A DNA stretch of 38,772 nt from a virus (IMGVR_UViG_3300020043_005834:1-38772), one strand, 5' to 3'; positions 9,142 through 17,919 are shown, counted from the first letter of the stretch. Program-made: numbers and translations. The notes: generated by a model not told the origin, from the sequence alone.

Positions 9142-9372
9142 TTAATATTCCATGTACTGACCTCTTGCTTTTTCTGGAACATCTTGTTTAACTCGTGGAT
9201 TCTTGAATTTAGCTGAAAGATTTTCACTTGAAGCTGTTGTGTTTATGTCTGTGCCAGTGTTATTAAAATCAGCAGTCTTTGTTGTGATGTAGTTACTTGC
9301 TCCGTCTTTGTAAGTCGGTTCTCCAACTACTCCTCCTGTTGTTTTACATTCTAATTTTGGTTTTTGTATCAT
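9142..9372 (-). CDS. Hypothetical protein
   Basis: ATGA overlap with upstream gene. Confidence 0.6.
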   Translation of the reverse strand: MIQKPKLECKTTGGVVGEPTYKDGASNYITTKTADFNNTGTDINTTASSENLSAKFKNPRVKQDVPEKARGQYMEY

Positions 9373-9611
9373 ATGAATGGATTTTTACGTGTTTGTAATT
9401 TTCGACCTACTAATTTTGTTTCATTTAAGAACTCAGCTAAGGCGTTGTAGGCTAGGTCTCTGGCAATTACTTCCGCCTTGACGTGCTCTGCTGGCTGTTT
9501 CTTATCAATTGTACCCATGTCATGTAATTGATTCATCTTATCTATTAGCATGTCTTCAACTCTTTTCCAGTCTGGGTCTGTGAAGAACTTCTCTTGTAAT
9601 GCGTCTATCAT
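9369..9611 (-). CDS. Small head-region protein downstream of portal
   Basis: Helical 80 aa ORF at the usual post-portal position. Confidence 0.6.
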   Translation of the reverse strand: MIDALQEKFFTDPDWKRVEDMLIDKMNQLHDMGTIDKKQPAEHVKAEVIARDLAYNALAEFLNETKLVGRKLQTRKNPFI

Positions 9612-9647
9612 TCTGGGTCTCCAAATGATTCAGTGTCAGCTTCCTTT

Positions 9648-11474
9648 TTAGGCGTTAGCGGGTACTGCTTGTTTTTGCGGTCCTGCTCCCTGTAAAAATT
9701 CGGGTTGTTGTTGTCCTGTTGCATTGGGTTGTAAACTAATTGGTAATTGACTTGATTGGGTCTCTGCTAACTCTATCTCCGCAGGACTTATTCCAAGTTG
9801 TTCTGCGTATTTAAAGAATAACATTTTAGCTAATGGGTCTTGCAGAATTGACGGATTTTGTGCTACTGCCATGAATACAGTCTGTGTGTTTTGAACGATT
9901 GTTGCTGGGTCAGCTTGTTCATTTCCGATAATGAAATCAAATTCAAATTCGGCGTCATCATAGAAAGCATCCTTAATCTTTATGAATCTATTTTCTCCAA
10001 GTTTTCTATTAGATTCAATGTACAAGGTTTTAAGTCCATCAACTTCTTCTTGTGTAACCACCTCACCTTTAATTATTTTGTCTTTGATGTAGTCGTTGGC
10101 GATTATTTCTGAAGCTGCGATATCTATTTTCATTAATTCTTGAGCTGAACCAGCAAATCTCATAATGTGTTCAGCACTTAGGTCTTTTAGTAGTTGTGGT
10201 AGAACTAAGTCATTGAAAAACTCTTGTAGAAATAGCGATAGGTTTTCTCGTTTAAATGCGTAAACACTTGTCGCTGATTGATTTGCCAAAAGAGCGTTTG
10301 TGGCTGGTGTAGAGCTTGGTAATGGAGCTCCTGTAACGGCTTCAAAAGCAAAAGAAAGTCTGTCTGCGTGTAATGAATAGCTTTCCTCTTCGTCTCCAAA
10401 AGCTTGTAGATTTCTTTCTTCATTGGCTATTGGAGTTATTCCATTAGGTGAAACAAATAGGTCTCCGTTTTGTAGGTCGGTTAGAACGTTTTGAACAAAT
10501 GTTCGGTCAGGTGTCGTGAATAGGTGTAAAGAAGAAAGTTCCATTGAGATTCTCTTTTGATTCTTTAACTCATTCATTCTAACTTGTGTGTCGAACAACA
10601 TCTCTACAATTCCAAGTCCAAGCCATCGTCCCTTTACTTTTGTATAGTGAAAATCTTTGAAAGGGTATTCTTTGTGCCACTTAGAACTGAATAGCTCTAC
10701 TCCCATTTCTCCTGTTGGCTTGCCTTGTTCATTTTTCATCTGTTCATCTGCACCCGCAACAATAAAGACAGATTTAACCATCTTTTCTGATTTTCCACCC
10801 TTAAGCCAATACTCAGGTACTTCTCCATATCTCTTATAAACCTTGATATAAGGTGTAGATTGCATTTGGTTAGTTATTACACTCTTATCTTCATAAGATT
10901 GCATTTCATTTGTGTTACCAAATCTCTCAATGGCAACTTCAACATTGTCCCAGCCTGTAGCTCTTAGTTCTGATGGTGTGTAATATGAAATTGTAGTAAC
11001 AAATCTTGATTTTTGTATTGAATCAACAGTTGGGTCAAGAACTAGCTTACGTAAATCAACTAACTCAGCTCCGTCTTTGGTCTTTTCGATGACAACTGTT
11101 CCATATCTTGGGGCTTCTTCAGCTATTTGGTTTAGCATTTTGCCCATTTTAGAGCTCTTTAACCATTGTTTAAGCTCTTTTTCAAGTAAGAAAGTGGAGA
11201 AGTAGCTCTTTGGGTCTTGCGGATAAAGTCTTATATCCTTTGTATCAATGTTCAACATTCTCATTGCTACTTCACATGGTGAATTTACAATGTTAAAGAA
11301 TAGTTTGTCTCTGTCTAGGTAAGGAGTTGAATCCTCATACTGGGAATTTAAATATAAGTGGATTCTTTTAATTGTTTCGTATTGGTTAAAACTATACCCA
11401 GAAACAACTTGAATATATGAATCGTAAAAATCTTTTGATTCTTGTCTGATTTGAGAGAATATATTTGTATTCAT
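9648..11474 (-). CDS. Portal protein (podovirus-type); ATG start at 11474 preferred to TTG at 11507
   Basis: About 610 aa, follows terminase, RYGTVV, GRWLGLGIVEMLFD.Q, TPATNA, Q-rich tail. Confidence 0.85.
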   Translation of the reverse strand: MNTNIFSQIRQESKDFYDSYIQVVSGYSFNQYETIKRIHLYLNSQYEDSTPYLDRDKLFFNIVNSPCEVAMRMLNIDTKDIRLYPQDPKSYFSTFLLEKELKQWLKSSKMGKMLNQIAEEAPRYGTVVIEKTKDGAELVDLRKLVLDPTVDSIQKSRFVTTISYYTPSELRATGWDNVEVAIERFGNTNEMQSYEDKSVITNQMQSTPYIKVYKRYGEVPEYWLKGGKSEKMVKSVFIVAGADEQMKNEQGKPTGEMGVELFSSKWHKEYPFKDFHYTKVKGRWLGLGIVEMLFDTQVRMNELKNQKRISMELSSLHLFTTPDRTFVQNVLTDLQNGDLFVSPNGITPIANEERNLQAFGDEEESYSLHADRLSFAFEAVTGAPLPSSTPATNALLANQSATSVYAFKRENLSLFLQEFFNDLVLPQLLKDLSAEHIMRFAGSAQELMKIDIAASEIIANDYIKDKIIKGEVVTQEEVDGLKTLYIESNRKLGENRFIKIKDAFYDDAEFEFDFIIGNEQADPATIVQNTQTVFMAVAQNPSILQDPLAKMLFFKYAEQLGISPAEIELAETQSSQLPISLQPNATGQQQPEFLQGAGPQKQAVPANA

Positions 11475-11478
11475 GCTA

Positions 11479-11507
11479 TCATGATGACACAAACTATTTA
11501 ATGTCAA
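11479..11507 (-). promoter_or_regulatory. Putative portal/head promoter
   Basis: Perfect TTGACA at 11502-11507 upstream of the portal ATG; only a weak -10 (CATGAT-like). Confidence 0.4.
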
Positions 11508-11541
11508 TAGTGTAAAGACACTAACACTTAAAAACCTTTAT

Positions 11542-11904
11542 TTACACTATCGTTTTTGTATTGCCTTGGACACTAGACTTTAAATTCTTGCTCAATTCTT
11601 TTATCACTTTCCACTCCTGATGTCTGAAGTAAGATGAGTTTACTGTCTCTACACCTTTATTAACTATTGGAAGAGTCATTGAGTATATCTCTGTACGCCA
11701 CATCCAGCGTCTCATAGATTTTTTACTTCTTTTGTGCCCTGTTTTTATTAAATGAAATTCACATAGCTCGCCAATTGTATAGTCAAGAAGTTTATATCTT
11801 CTCCAAATATCTTTTAACGTTCCCTTGGGTAGATTATATTCTCTGGCAAATCTTATGTCGGGGTCGACTGTGAATAGTATGCTTTTTTTAATGTGGATAA
11901 TCAT
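11542..11904 (-). CDS. Basic protein with possible helix-turn-helix
   Basis: YTIGELCEF...SKKSMRRW pattern; ATGA overlap with terminase. Confidence 0.5.
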   Translation of the reverse strand: MIIHIKKSILFTVDPDIRFAREYNLPKGTLKDIWRRYKLLDYTIGELCEFHLIKTGHKRSKKSMRRWMWRTEIYSMTLPIVNKGVETVNSSYFRHQEWKVIKELSKNLKSSVQGNTKTIV

Positions 11905-13226
11905 TTGAATGATTTTTGATTAGACCTATTATTTTGTACTCTTGCTTGGAATTGTGAATCAACTGTGTAGATGTTAGTTACTGACATATATCTTAGCATG
12001 TCAGCTGCGTGAGATGTCCAATCATGAAGAGGTCTTAACTTATAATCACCCATTTTGTCATTCCATTCCTTTTGATACTGTCCAATAGCATCTATAAAAG
12101 CTTCACATTTGGTTTCATCTATCCATAATCTTGAAAATCGTATACGTGTGGCGTTTATACCGTCATCTATTGGAAGATTGGGAGTAACTAAGAATGATAT
12201 TCCGTAATTCAAAGCTATTTCTTTTCTTGATTTACCTGTTCCAAGTTCTCTTACTTCAATATCGTGTGGGGCATAGTGGTCAGCATAAGTATAACCTTTA
12301 GCTTTTAATACATTAGCGTAGTAGTTTAAACCTTCTCCAGACGCTTCAAAGTAATCAATCATGCGTATCTCAGTTCCAACAAATTGAAAGAATCCTATGC
12401 AAGTTGAATCCCCCATTCCCAAGTCCCACCAAGTATATACTGGGAGCATTGGTTCATGTGGAACGTTTCCTATTCTACCTTCAGCTCTAGCCTTTTGTAG
12501 TTGTTGGCGGTAGTAAGCACCTTTAAGAGTGATTCCATTCCAACTACCATTTAACCAAGCATCTCTTAGGTCGTCATCTTGAATAGACTCAAGGTATTTA
12601 ATATATCCTGGGTCTGTATTCATTAGCGTTGGGTTGTCTTGTACTCTTGATGGAATGAATATTCTTGTTCTTCCTGTCTTTTCATCTTTGTATCTAACTG
12701 CGTCTGTTGGTGTATCGGGAATATTCCAGCGTTTCTTTACCCATTTGTATCCTGGTCCATCTGGATTAGTAGTAGCAAAGACTTGAGGCTTAATTTCAGG
12801 TATTGTGGAACGAACTGAACCTAGTAGCTTTTCGTAGTTTGATTCACTTGCTATGTGTGTAATCTCTTCTAGTAGTAGTTTTTGGTATTCGTGTCCTTGA
12901 TATTTAGAGTATGCATTATCATCTTTAAGGTGACCTGTTCTAACTTTAGCTCCACTTGGAAATGTAAATGTATCTCCTGTGTATACTCCGTTAGCTGGTG
13001 CAAACATATGCTTTGCTCTATCAATCCAGTCATCAAGGTCTGTAGCGTTACGTCTGATAACTAAAGCTCTATAACGTGGTTTGTCTATATCGTAAAGTAG
13101 CCATGCTTGTCCAGCATCTGTTTTACCTCCTCCTCTAGCCCCACCATACAGTATTTCGTCTTCGTTACTCTGTAGAGCTATCTCCTGTTTGGGTTGAGCT
13201 TTCCAATGTACTTTCTGAGTTGTCAT
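11901..13226 (-). CDS. terL: Terminase large subunit
   Basis: YGGARGGGKT Walker A, LLEE Walker B, TTNP, WDLG nuclease motif, HDWTSHAADMLRY. Confidence 0.95.
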   Translation of the reverse strand: MTTQKVHWKAQPKQEIALQSNEDEILYGGARGGGKTDAGQAWLLYDIDKPRYRALVIRRNATDLDDWIDRAKHMFAPANGVYTGDTFTFPSGAKVRTGHLKDDNAYSKYQGHEYQKLLLEEITHIASESNYEKLLGSVRSTIPEIKPQVFATTNPDGPGYKWVKKRWNIPDTPTDAVRYKDEKTGRTRIFIPSRVQDNPTLMNTDPGYIKYLESIQDDDLRDAWLNGSWNGITLKGAYYRQQLQKARAEGRIGNVPHEPMLPVYTWWDLGMGDSTCIGFFQFVGTEIRMIDYFEASGEGLNYYANVLKAKGYTYADHYAPHDIEVRELGTGKSRKEIALNYGISFLVTPNLPIDDGINATRIRFSRLWIDETKCEAFIDAIGQYQKEWNDKMGDYKLRPLHDWTSHAADMLRYMSVTNIYTVDSQFQARVQNNRSNQKSFK

Positions 13227-13563
13227 TACGTTGTGGAAGTATTACTACTCCTAGGTTTAGTTGTTCACCCTTAGATGTTATGTCAGTTGATTGTTTAGCC
13301 TTATCCATTACTCTATCGTGTATTTCTTTAATAGCAGTCATGTCACCCTCTAGTGCTTTAGCTATTATAACGGGCTTTATTAGTGGTAGAGCTTCTCCAA
13401 GACTTTCCTTATATTCAGCTATCAATTCTTTAGTGGCTTTCTTTATTATCTTATCTTGTATTGTATCAGGTGGACGTCCTTCTGGATTACCACTAACACC
13501 AGGGATGAATCTTCCCTGTTCGTTCCTGATGACTCCTGATTGTTCTGTGTTATTTTCTTCCAC
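13165..13563 (-). CDS. Putative terminase small subunit (DUF5681-like N-terminus)
   Basis: GRFIPGVSGNPEGRPP, KALEGDMTAIKEIHDR, DITSKGEQL; directly upstream of terL. Confidence 0.7.
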   Translation of the reverse strand: MEENNTEQSGVIRNEQGRFIPGVSGNPEGRPPDTIQDKIIKKATKELIAEYKESLGEALPLIKPVIIAKALEGDMTAIKEIHDRVMDKAKQSTDITSKGEQLNLGVVILPQRNDNSESTLESSTQTGDSSTE

Positions 13564-13764
13564 TTATTTTCTCTTTATCTTTGTAATAGTTTTTGTTTGC
13601 TTGTTTGTTCGGTTAATTGGGCCGTATTCTACCACCTTTGTTTTTCTTGGAGTTGTGATTGTTTTTGTTTTCTTTATCGGGTATTTACCACTTCCGTAGA
13701 TTCTTTCTACTTGGGGTGTTTTTTGGTAGTTGTTCTTATCGTAAGTTATTACTTTTTTTCTCAT
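13564..13764 (-). CDS. Small highly basic protein
   Basis: K/R/T-rich ORF abutting the next gene. Confidence 0.55.
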   Translation of the reverse strand: MRKKVITYDKNNYQKTPQVERIYGSGKYPIKKTKTITTPRKTKVVEYGPINRTNKQTKTITKIKRK

Positions 13765-13765
13765 G

Positions 13766-13927
13766 TTATTTTTTCTTAGTTTTAATTTCTTCTGGCTTTT
13801 CTTCTTTCTTCTCTGGTTCTTTCATTCCATTTAGATGCGAAATCATTGCGTTTACTTCAGCGATAGAGAAAGTTAGGTTTGTTCGGTCTGATAGGAATTT
13901 AATAAGTTGGTCTATTTTTTGATTCAT
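13766..13927 (-). CDS. Hypothetical 53 aa protein (MNQKIDQLIKF...), not in ORF track
   Basis: Translated by hand; follows a promoter; TAA-C-ATG junction to the next gene. Confidence 0.6.
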   Translation of the reverse strand: MNQKIDQLIKFLSDRTNLTFSIAEVNAMISHLNGMKEPEKKEEKPEEIKTKKK

Positions 13928-13954
13928 AGATTGTTAGTTTATTTATATGTTTTA

Positions 13955-13992
13955 ATTATACAACAAAATCCACAATGTCAAACTGTGGATTA
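13955..13992 (-). promoter_or_regulatory. Packaging-operon promoter flanked by inverted DnaA-box-like sites
   Basis: TAATCCACA-gt-TTGACA-N15-TATAAT, with ATCCACA/TGTGGAT inverted around the -35. Confidence 0.65.
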
Positions 13993-14301
13993 CTTGTTTG
14001 TGTTTAGAGCGAGCCATAAATTAGCCACCGCTTCTTCTGGGGTTGAGCCCACTTCTGACTTATCTAATACATGGTCATAGTCTCTAAAATTACCGCAAGT
14101 ATCAGCTTGCCACATCAAATCATTTCCATTCCAGTATGATTGAAGTCTGATGGTTACATTTCCACAAGCTTCTATAAGCTCTGAAAGGGTTGGAACAAGA
14201 CATTCTTCACTTTGCATATCCTTTGCAATACTTAGGGTTATATCCTTGTGTGTTTGTGTAAACCCCGCGTCTTTTAATTTTTTAGCTAGTTCGTAATCCA
14301 T
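13990..14301 (-). CDS. Conserved-looking phage hypothetical protein
   Basis: YELAKKLKDAGF, PTLSELIEACG, TPEEAVANLWLAL pattern. Confidence 0.7.
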   Translation of the reverse strand: MDYELAKKLKDAGFTQTHKDITLSIAKDMQSEECLVPTLSELIEACGNVTIRLQSYWNGNDLMWQADTCGNFRDYDHVLDKSEVGSTPEEAVANLWLALNTNK

Positions 14302-14308
14302 AAATTAT

Positions 14309-14758
14309 TTAAATTACCCTATCTTCTAAACATTTTCTGATTGCTTTTGTTCCACCTCTTTTATTTCCCATTTGTTCGTCTGCCATATCTATTCCGTCTA
14401 AAATATTTAGGAAGAATTGTCGTTCCTCCTTCCTTGAAAGTTCTTTTTCTGAACGGACGAAGGCGAGAATTTCCTCCAATGAAAGATATAGACAGAGTGG
14501 GGGAACTTCAAAATATCCGAATACTCTCTCAAATCTTTGCTCCATACTCTCCTCTCCTAACTTATCGTATTCGGCTAAATCTTTAAAGGTCTTTCTGTAT
14601 TTTCCAATGATTTCGTTTGCTATTTTTTTTGTCTTCTCTCCTTTGTGTGGGGTATCTAGCGGACAGTCATATCCATGTTCGCTTTTACAAGCTCCGCACC
14701 AATCTATTCTAGGTGACGTGACTATTTTAATCTCCTCTCCTTTGGGGTTATTTGTCAT
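14309..14758 (-). CDS. Hypothetical protein
   Basis: ORF in early cluster with CxxC...H..C motif. Confidence 0.6.
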   Translation of the reverse strand: MTNNPKGEEIKIVTSPRIDWCGACKSEHGYDCPLDTPHKGEKTKKIANEIIGKYRKTFKDLAEYDKLGEESMEQRFERVFGYFEVPPLCLYLSLEEILAFVRSEKELSRKEERQFFLNILDGIDMADEQMGNKRGGTKAIRKCLEDRVI

Positions 14759-14763
14759 GGGGG

Positions 14764-14970
14764 TTATTTATAAATATCTTTAGTAATATCTTTAGATAAT
14801 CGAAGGCGGTTTATTTTCTTCATTACCTTAACAATTACGCTGGCGTGTGGTATTAAGCTCCAATCTCTGTTTATAGATTTAAGGATTTTGTTTCTCATTT
14901 CTATCTGTCCGTTCTTAAAGCCAATAGCGTAAACTTCGTCCATAGCCTCTTTTAATTCCTCTGTCTCCAT
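14764..14970 (-). CDS. Hypothetical protein
   Basis: ORF in co-directional cluster. Confidence 0.6.
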   Translation of the reverse strand: METEELKEAMDEVYAIGFKNGQIEMRNKILKSINRDWSLIPHASVIVKVMKKINRLRLSKDITKDIYK

Positions 14971-15081
14971 ATATTAAGTATTACTTTGGTTGATAAAGTT
15001 GCTTTTAATAAATCCTTTTGAGATTGTGCCGTCTGGTAATTTTACAGATACTTCTTCTCCTCTATGTATTTGTTTGACATG

Positions 15082-15312
15082 TTATTTGAAAAACTTTTTA
15101 ATCTCACTCTCAATCATCGAGTCTGACGCTAGCCATGGTTTATCATCTATAACAATAACCAGTGTCCCGTCATCATAAAGAAATCGACCCTTAACACCCT
15201 TGGCGGAGAAACTACCCGTGTTATCTCCATCTATCGAAACACTACCAACTTCTCTTATTTTAGTTAGTGCTTCGTTTACCTTGTCTGCATTTGTGTTTAT
15301 TTGTATCTTCAT
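15082..15312 (-). CDS. Hypothetical protein
   Basis: ORF in co-directional cluster. Confidence 0.6.
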   Translation of the reverse strand: MKIQINTNADKVNEALTKIREVGSVSIDGDNTGSFSAKGVKGRFLYDDGTLVIVIDDKPWLASDSMIESEIKKFFK

Positions 15313-15336
15313 ACTCTCTTATGTTAATGATAATGG

Positions 15337-15756
15337 TTAGGATTTTAGTTTTTCACTTATAAACTTAAGGAGAGATTTTTTTGCTCGGTTGTATTCTGCG
15401 TTTGTTATTTCAATATAATTTGAATCATTAAAATAACTCTCGCCACGCCAATTAAACTTACTTTCTAGCCCAACTTCTATTTTATCCATACTGGTCTTTT
15501 GAAATTGAATACATTTGAATGACAGAGTTTTTTCATCTATAGAAATTACTTTTAGGTATAGGTTCCATTTAGGGTAACTTGAGCCATAGGAATTAATGAA
15601 TTTAAAACATTTCCCAATAGATTTTCTAAGAGATGGTAGTGCGATCAATGCGTTATATTCGTCTTCTTTATTACTATATGAAATATAAGCTTTATTTTTC
15701 TTTTGTAGTAAAACCTCAAGTTCTTTTTCCAGTTTTGTTTTGTTTGTTTTTGCCAT
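15337..15756 (-). CDS. Hypothetical protein (start MAKTNK preferred)
   Basis: ATG in A/T-rich context; the longer track start runs into an RNA hairpin. Confidence 0.6.
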   Translation of the reverse strand: MAKTNKTKLEKELEVLLQKKNKAYISYSNKEDEYNALIALPSLRKSIGKCFKFINSYGSSYPKWNLYLKVISIDEKTLSFKCIQFQKTSMDKIEVGLESKFNWRGESYFNDSNYIEITNAEYNRAKKSLLKFISEKLKS

Positions 15757-15786
15757 AATCTTTTTAATTAATTTATAAAGTGTTCT

Positions 15787-16001
15787 AACCAAGACTGAGT
15801 GTGAGTTAATAAACAGTGATGGTGCGTTTCAAGGTATCTAGCACCGCAACCTATTATTTTTTTGACTATGTATTTATCAACCCACATTCAACCTTGGTTT
15901 TAGTGATGAGGTTCTGGGGGAAACGCTTGCAAGCTTGTACATTACGGAGTTGAACCGTCTAATCTCCCACGAGATATACATTCCCCCCAGAACCCCACCA
16001 C
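15787..16001 (-). ncRNA. Two adjacent long stem-loops, one enclosing a tRNA T-arm-like motif
   Basis: About 29 bp and 21 bp stems whose mismatches read as G-U on the minus strand; ACGG-TTCAACT-CCGT. Confidence 0.55.
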
Positions 16002-16009
16002 GTTTGTGT

Positions 16010-16141
16010 TTACTTTTGATTTTTCTCCCATTCTTCATCTAGGTAATTTATGATTGCAGTAATTGCATCGTCTTTACTACCACCCATTCTTTGTATTCTT
16101 GCCAAAATTATATCTGATGGTTTCCTATCTCTTAATCTCAT
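16010..16141 (-). CDS. Hypothetical 43 aa protein (MRLRDRKPSD...), not in track
   Basis: Translated by hand; starts 2 nt after the upstream stop. Confidence 0.5.
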   Translation of the reverse strand: MRLRDRKPSDIILARIQRMGGSKDDAITAIINYLDEEWEKNQK

Positions 16142-16143
16142 AT

Positions 16144-16341
16144 TTACTTTCCTAACTTATTTTTAATGTCTTCTAGGGCTTCACCACAAGGACAGTTTGC
16201 ATACTTTGTTGGCATTGTTGCGACAGATGATTTTTTACATTTTTTGCACCAGTATACATTCAGATTGGGTTCTTGACTGGCTAAAAGATTTGCACAATCT
16301 ATACAATTTTTATAACCACTAGAATGGTGTTTCACGTCCAT
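16144..16341 (-). CDS. Small zinc-finger protein
   Basis: CxxC, CxxC and CxC motifs. Confidence 0.6.
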   Translation of the reverse strand: MDVKHHSSGYKNCIDCANLLASQEPNLNVYWCKKCKKSSVATMPTKYANCPCGEALEDIKNKLGK

Positions 16342-16342
16342 A

Positions 16343-16480
16343 TTATTTACAAACTACTTGATAATCCTCTGTGTAAGTACAATTCTCGTATGCCTTTTCT
16401 CTTTTTTCGTCTAGGGTTGATGAGTATGCTACCCATGAGAATCCTAGTAGAGCGAAAGTTATTAGTATTATTTTTGACAT
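16343..16480 (-). CDS. 45 aa membrane-anchored or exported peptide (MSKIILITFALLGFSW...), not in track
   Basis: Translated by hand; TAA-T-ATG junctions on both sides; hydrophobic N-terminus. Confidence 0.6.
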   Translation of the reverse strand: MSKIILITFALLGFSWVAYSSTLDEKREKAYENCTYTEDYQVVCK

Positions 16481-16481
16481 A

Positions 16482-16610
16482 TTAGTTTTCGTTTTCGTTT
16501 ATTAATTCACAATGTTCTTTACAGTCTGAGCAGATTCCCATATCGGTATAAACTTCTGCCCCGCAACAATTTGATACCCCACCTTTTAAATCTCTTAATT
16601 CTGTAGACAT
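16482..16610 (-). CDS. Small Cys-rich protein (start MSTELR)
   Basis: SNCCGA...GICSDCKEHC; TAA-C-ATG junction. Confidence 0.65.
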   Translation of the reverse strand: MSTELRDLKGGVSNCCGAEVYTDMGICSDCKEHCELINENEN

Positions 16611-16611
16611 G

Positions 16612-16791
16612 TTAGATTGCATAAAGACCATTATGAGGTATAAATTCGTATTTTTTTCCATTAGCAGATTCAAGCGAATAAATATCTGGTAGCATATCAA
16701 ATTCTGAACGAACACCAACAACTTTTAATTTCATAAATCCAACTTTAACCCATTCACCTGTTGACCAATTTTGTTTAGTTTTATTTATCAT
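16612..16791 (-). CDS. Hypothetical protein (start MINKTK)
   Basis: First ORF after the promoter at 16836-16864; the longer track start lies inside that promoter. Confidence 0.6.
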   Translation of the reverse strand: MINKTKQNWSTGEWVKVGFMKLKVVGVRSEFDMLPDIYSLESANGKKYEFIPHNGLYAI

Positions 16792-16835
16792 ATTTATTTG
16801 AGGCGAGTGTCTTATGCGTTTCTCCCTACCTCTAC

Positions 16836-16890
16836 ATAATACATGAGCATTGCTCATAGTGCAAGTACTAATATTTAAATCTGTGGATAA
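16836..16890 (-). promoter_or_regulatory. Sigma70-type promoter with upstream DnaA box and palindromic spacer
   Basis: TTATCCACA...TTGCAC-N17-TATTAT; spacer holds ATGAGCA-A-TGCTCAT. Confidence 0.7.
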
Positions 16891-16892
16891 CT

Positions 16893-17081
16893 TTACTTAT
16901 TGATTTTAGCCTTAAATTCCTTACTCATTTGCACTCCTAGCTTATAGAACTTACCTATTTTAAATGAAGTGTTGTGGCTTTTTCCTTTTCCGCCGTTGAC
17001 TGGTTTTATTGTTAGTGTGCAGAAACCCAAGTCGAGTTTACGATTCTTTATGAGTTCTTTAGTTGCTTGTTGTTCTGTCAT
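16893..17081 (-). CDS. Small basic protein resembling the C-terminal half of HU/IHF
   Basis: LGFCTLTIK...G...SKEFKAKIN resembles HU GFGTF...arm...LKDAV. Confidence 0.4.
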   Translation of the reverse strand: MTEQQATKELIKNRKLDLGFCTLTIKPVNGGKGKSHNTSFKIGKFYKLGVQMSKEFKAKINK

Positions 17082-17082
17082 G

Positions 17083-17376
17083 TTATTCTCTTACGACGAC
17101 AATTCTTGTGCCGTCTTCTCTAGTAATAATTTCTACTCCTGTTTTCTTTGGTGCTTCTCCTAGACGTGAGTACATTGCGAGGTTATTAGAAAATTTTCCG
17201 TCGTAGTAGCTCACTTGTATCTTTCCTTCTTCGGCAAGATTTCTTAATTGCCTTGATAGAGAGTCTGGCGAATATCCCCACGTGTCTCCTAAAACAAACA
17301 GGGAAACTTTCTTGTGCCAACCTTCGTTGGAGTTTATGTATTCAAGTAAGTATTTTTGTAATGTTTGTTTTCTCAT
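17083..17376 (-). CDS. Putative winged-helix protein
   Basis: GYSPDSLSRQLRNLAEEGKI pattern. Confidence 0.55.
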   Translation of the reverse strand: MRKQTLQKYLLEYINSNEGWHKKVSLFVLGDTWGYSPDSLSRQLRNLAEEGKIQVSYYDGKFSNNLAMYSRLGEAPKKTGVEIITREDGTRIVVVRE

Positions 17377-17717
17377 TTTATTAATTCTGGGTTTTCGTAG
17401 ATGTTGCCGATGATTTCACAACCTCCATACTTCACATTCCATTTGTTAGCTGTGCTGTCGGCATCGCTTTGATAAGGATATTCACCCTCGCCCCACTCAA
17501 CCACAAACTTGTTATGGTTCCAGTCGTTCTGTAAAATATCCCCCTCATAAATCTCTTTACCCTTTTTGTCGAGGAGACCTGTGAATTGCATAAGATTTCC
17601 ATTGCAATATGGATACATCAAATCTGATAGGTTCAATGGGTCAACATCTTCAAATCCATTCCATCGATATCTCATTTCATATCCGTCCCACGCTCTAAAT
17701 TTTATTTCTCTTGTCAT
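17373..17717 (-). CDS. YopX family protein
   Basis: REIKFRAWD, LMQFTGLLDKKGKEIYEGDI, EIIGNIYENPELI. Confidence 0.93.
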   Translation of the reverse strand: MTREIKFRAWDGYEMRYRWNGFEDVDPLNLSDLMYPYCNGNLMQFTGLLDKKGKEIYEGDILQNDWNHNKFVVEWGEGEYPYQSDADSTANKWNVKYGGCEIIGNIYENPELIK

Positions 17718-17718
17718 A

Positions 17719-17919
17719 TTATTCAGATTCTTTTAATAATCCTTTTTTATCTAGCATTTCAATTAAGTTATCTATTGCTTCTTCTGGTGTGTTTCCGACA
17801 ACTTCGGTTGTGTTTACGTGCTGTTTATATTTTCCTGTTACCGCCTTAGCTGTCCATATACCGTCTGAATGAAGTATTAGTGAGCGAAACAACCAGCCTA
17901 GACTTTTAATTTTCTCCAT
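17719..17919 (-). CDS. Hypothetical protein
   Basis: GNTPEEAIDNL motif; coupled to neighbours. Confidence 0.6.
   Translation of the reverse strand: MEKIKSLGWLFRSLILHSDGIWTAKAVTGKYKQHVNTTEVVGNTPEEAIDNLIEMLDKKGLLKESE

Noticed and set aside
15903-16001. A complete tRNA gene
   Set aside because: Only a T-arm-like motif; no D-arm, 7 nt anticodon loop or CCA
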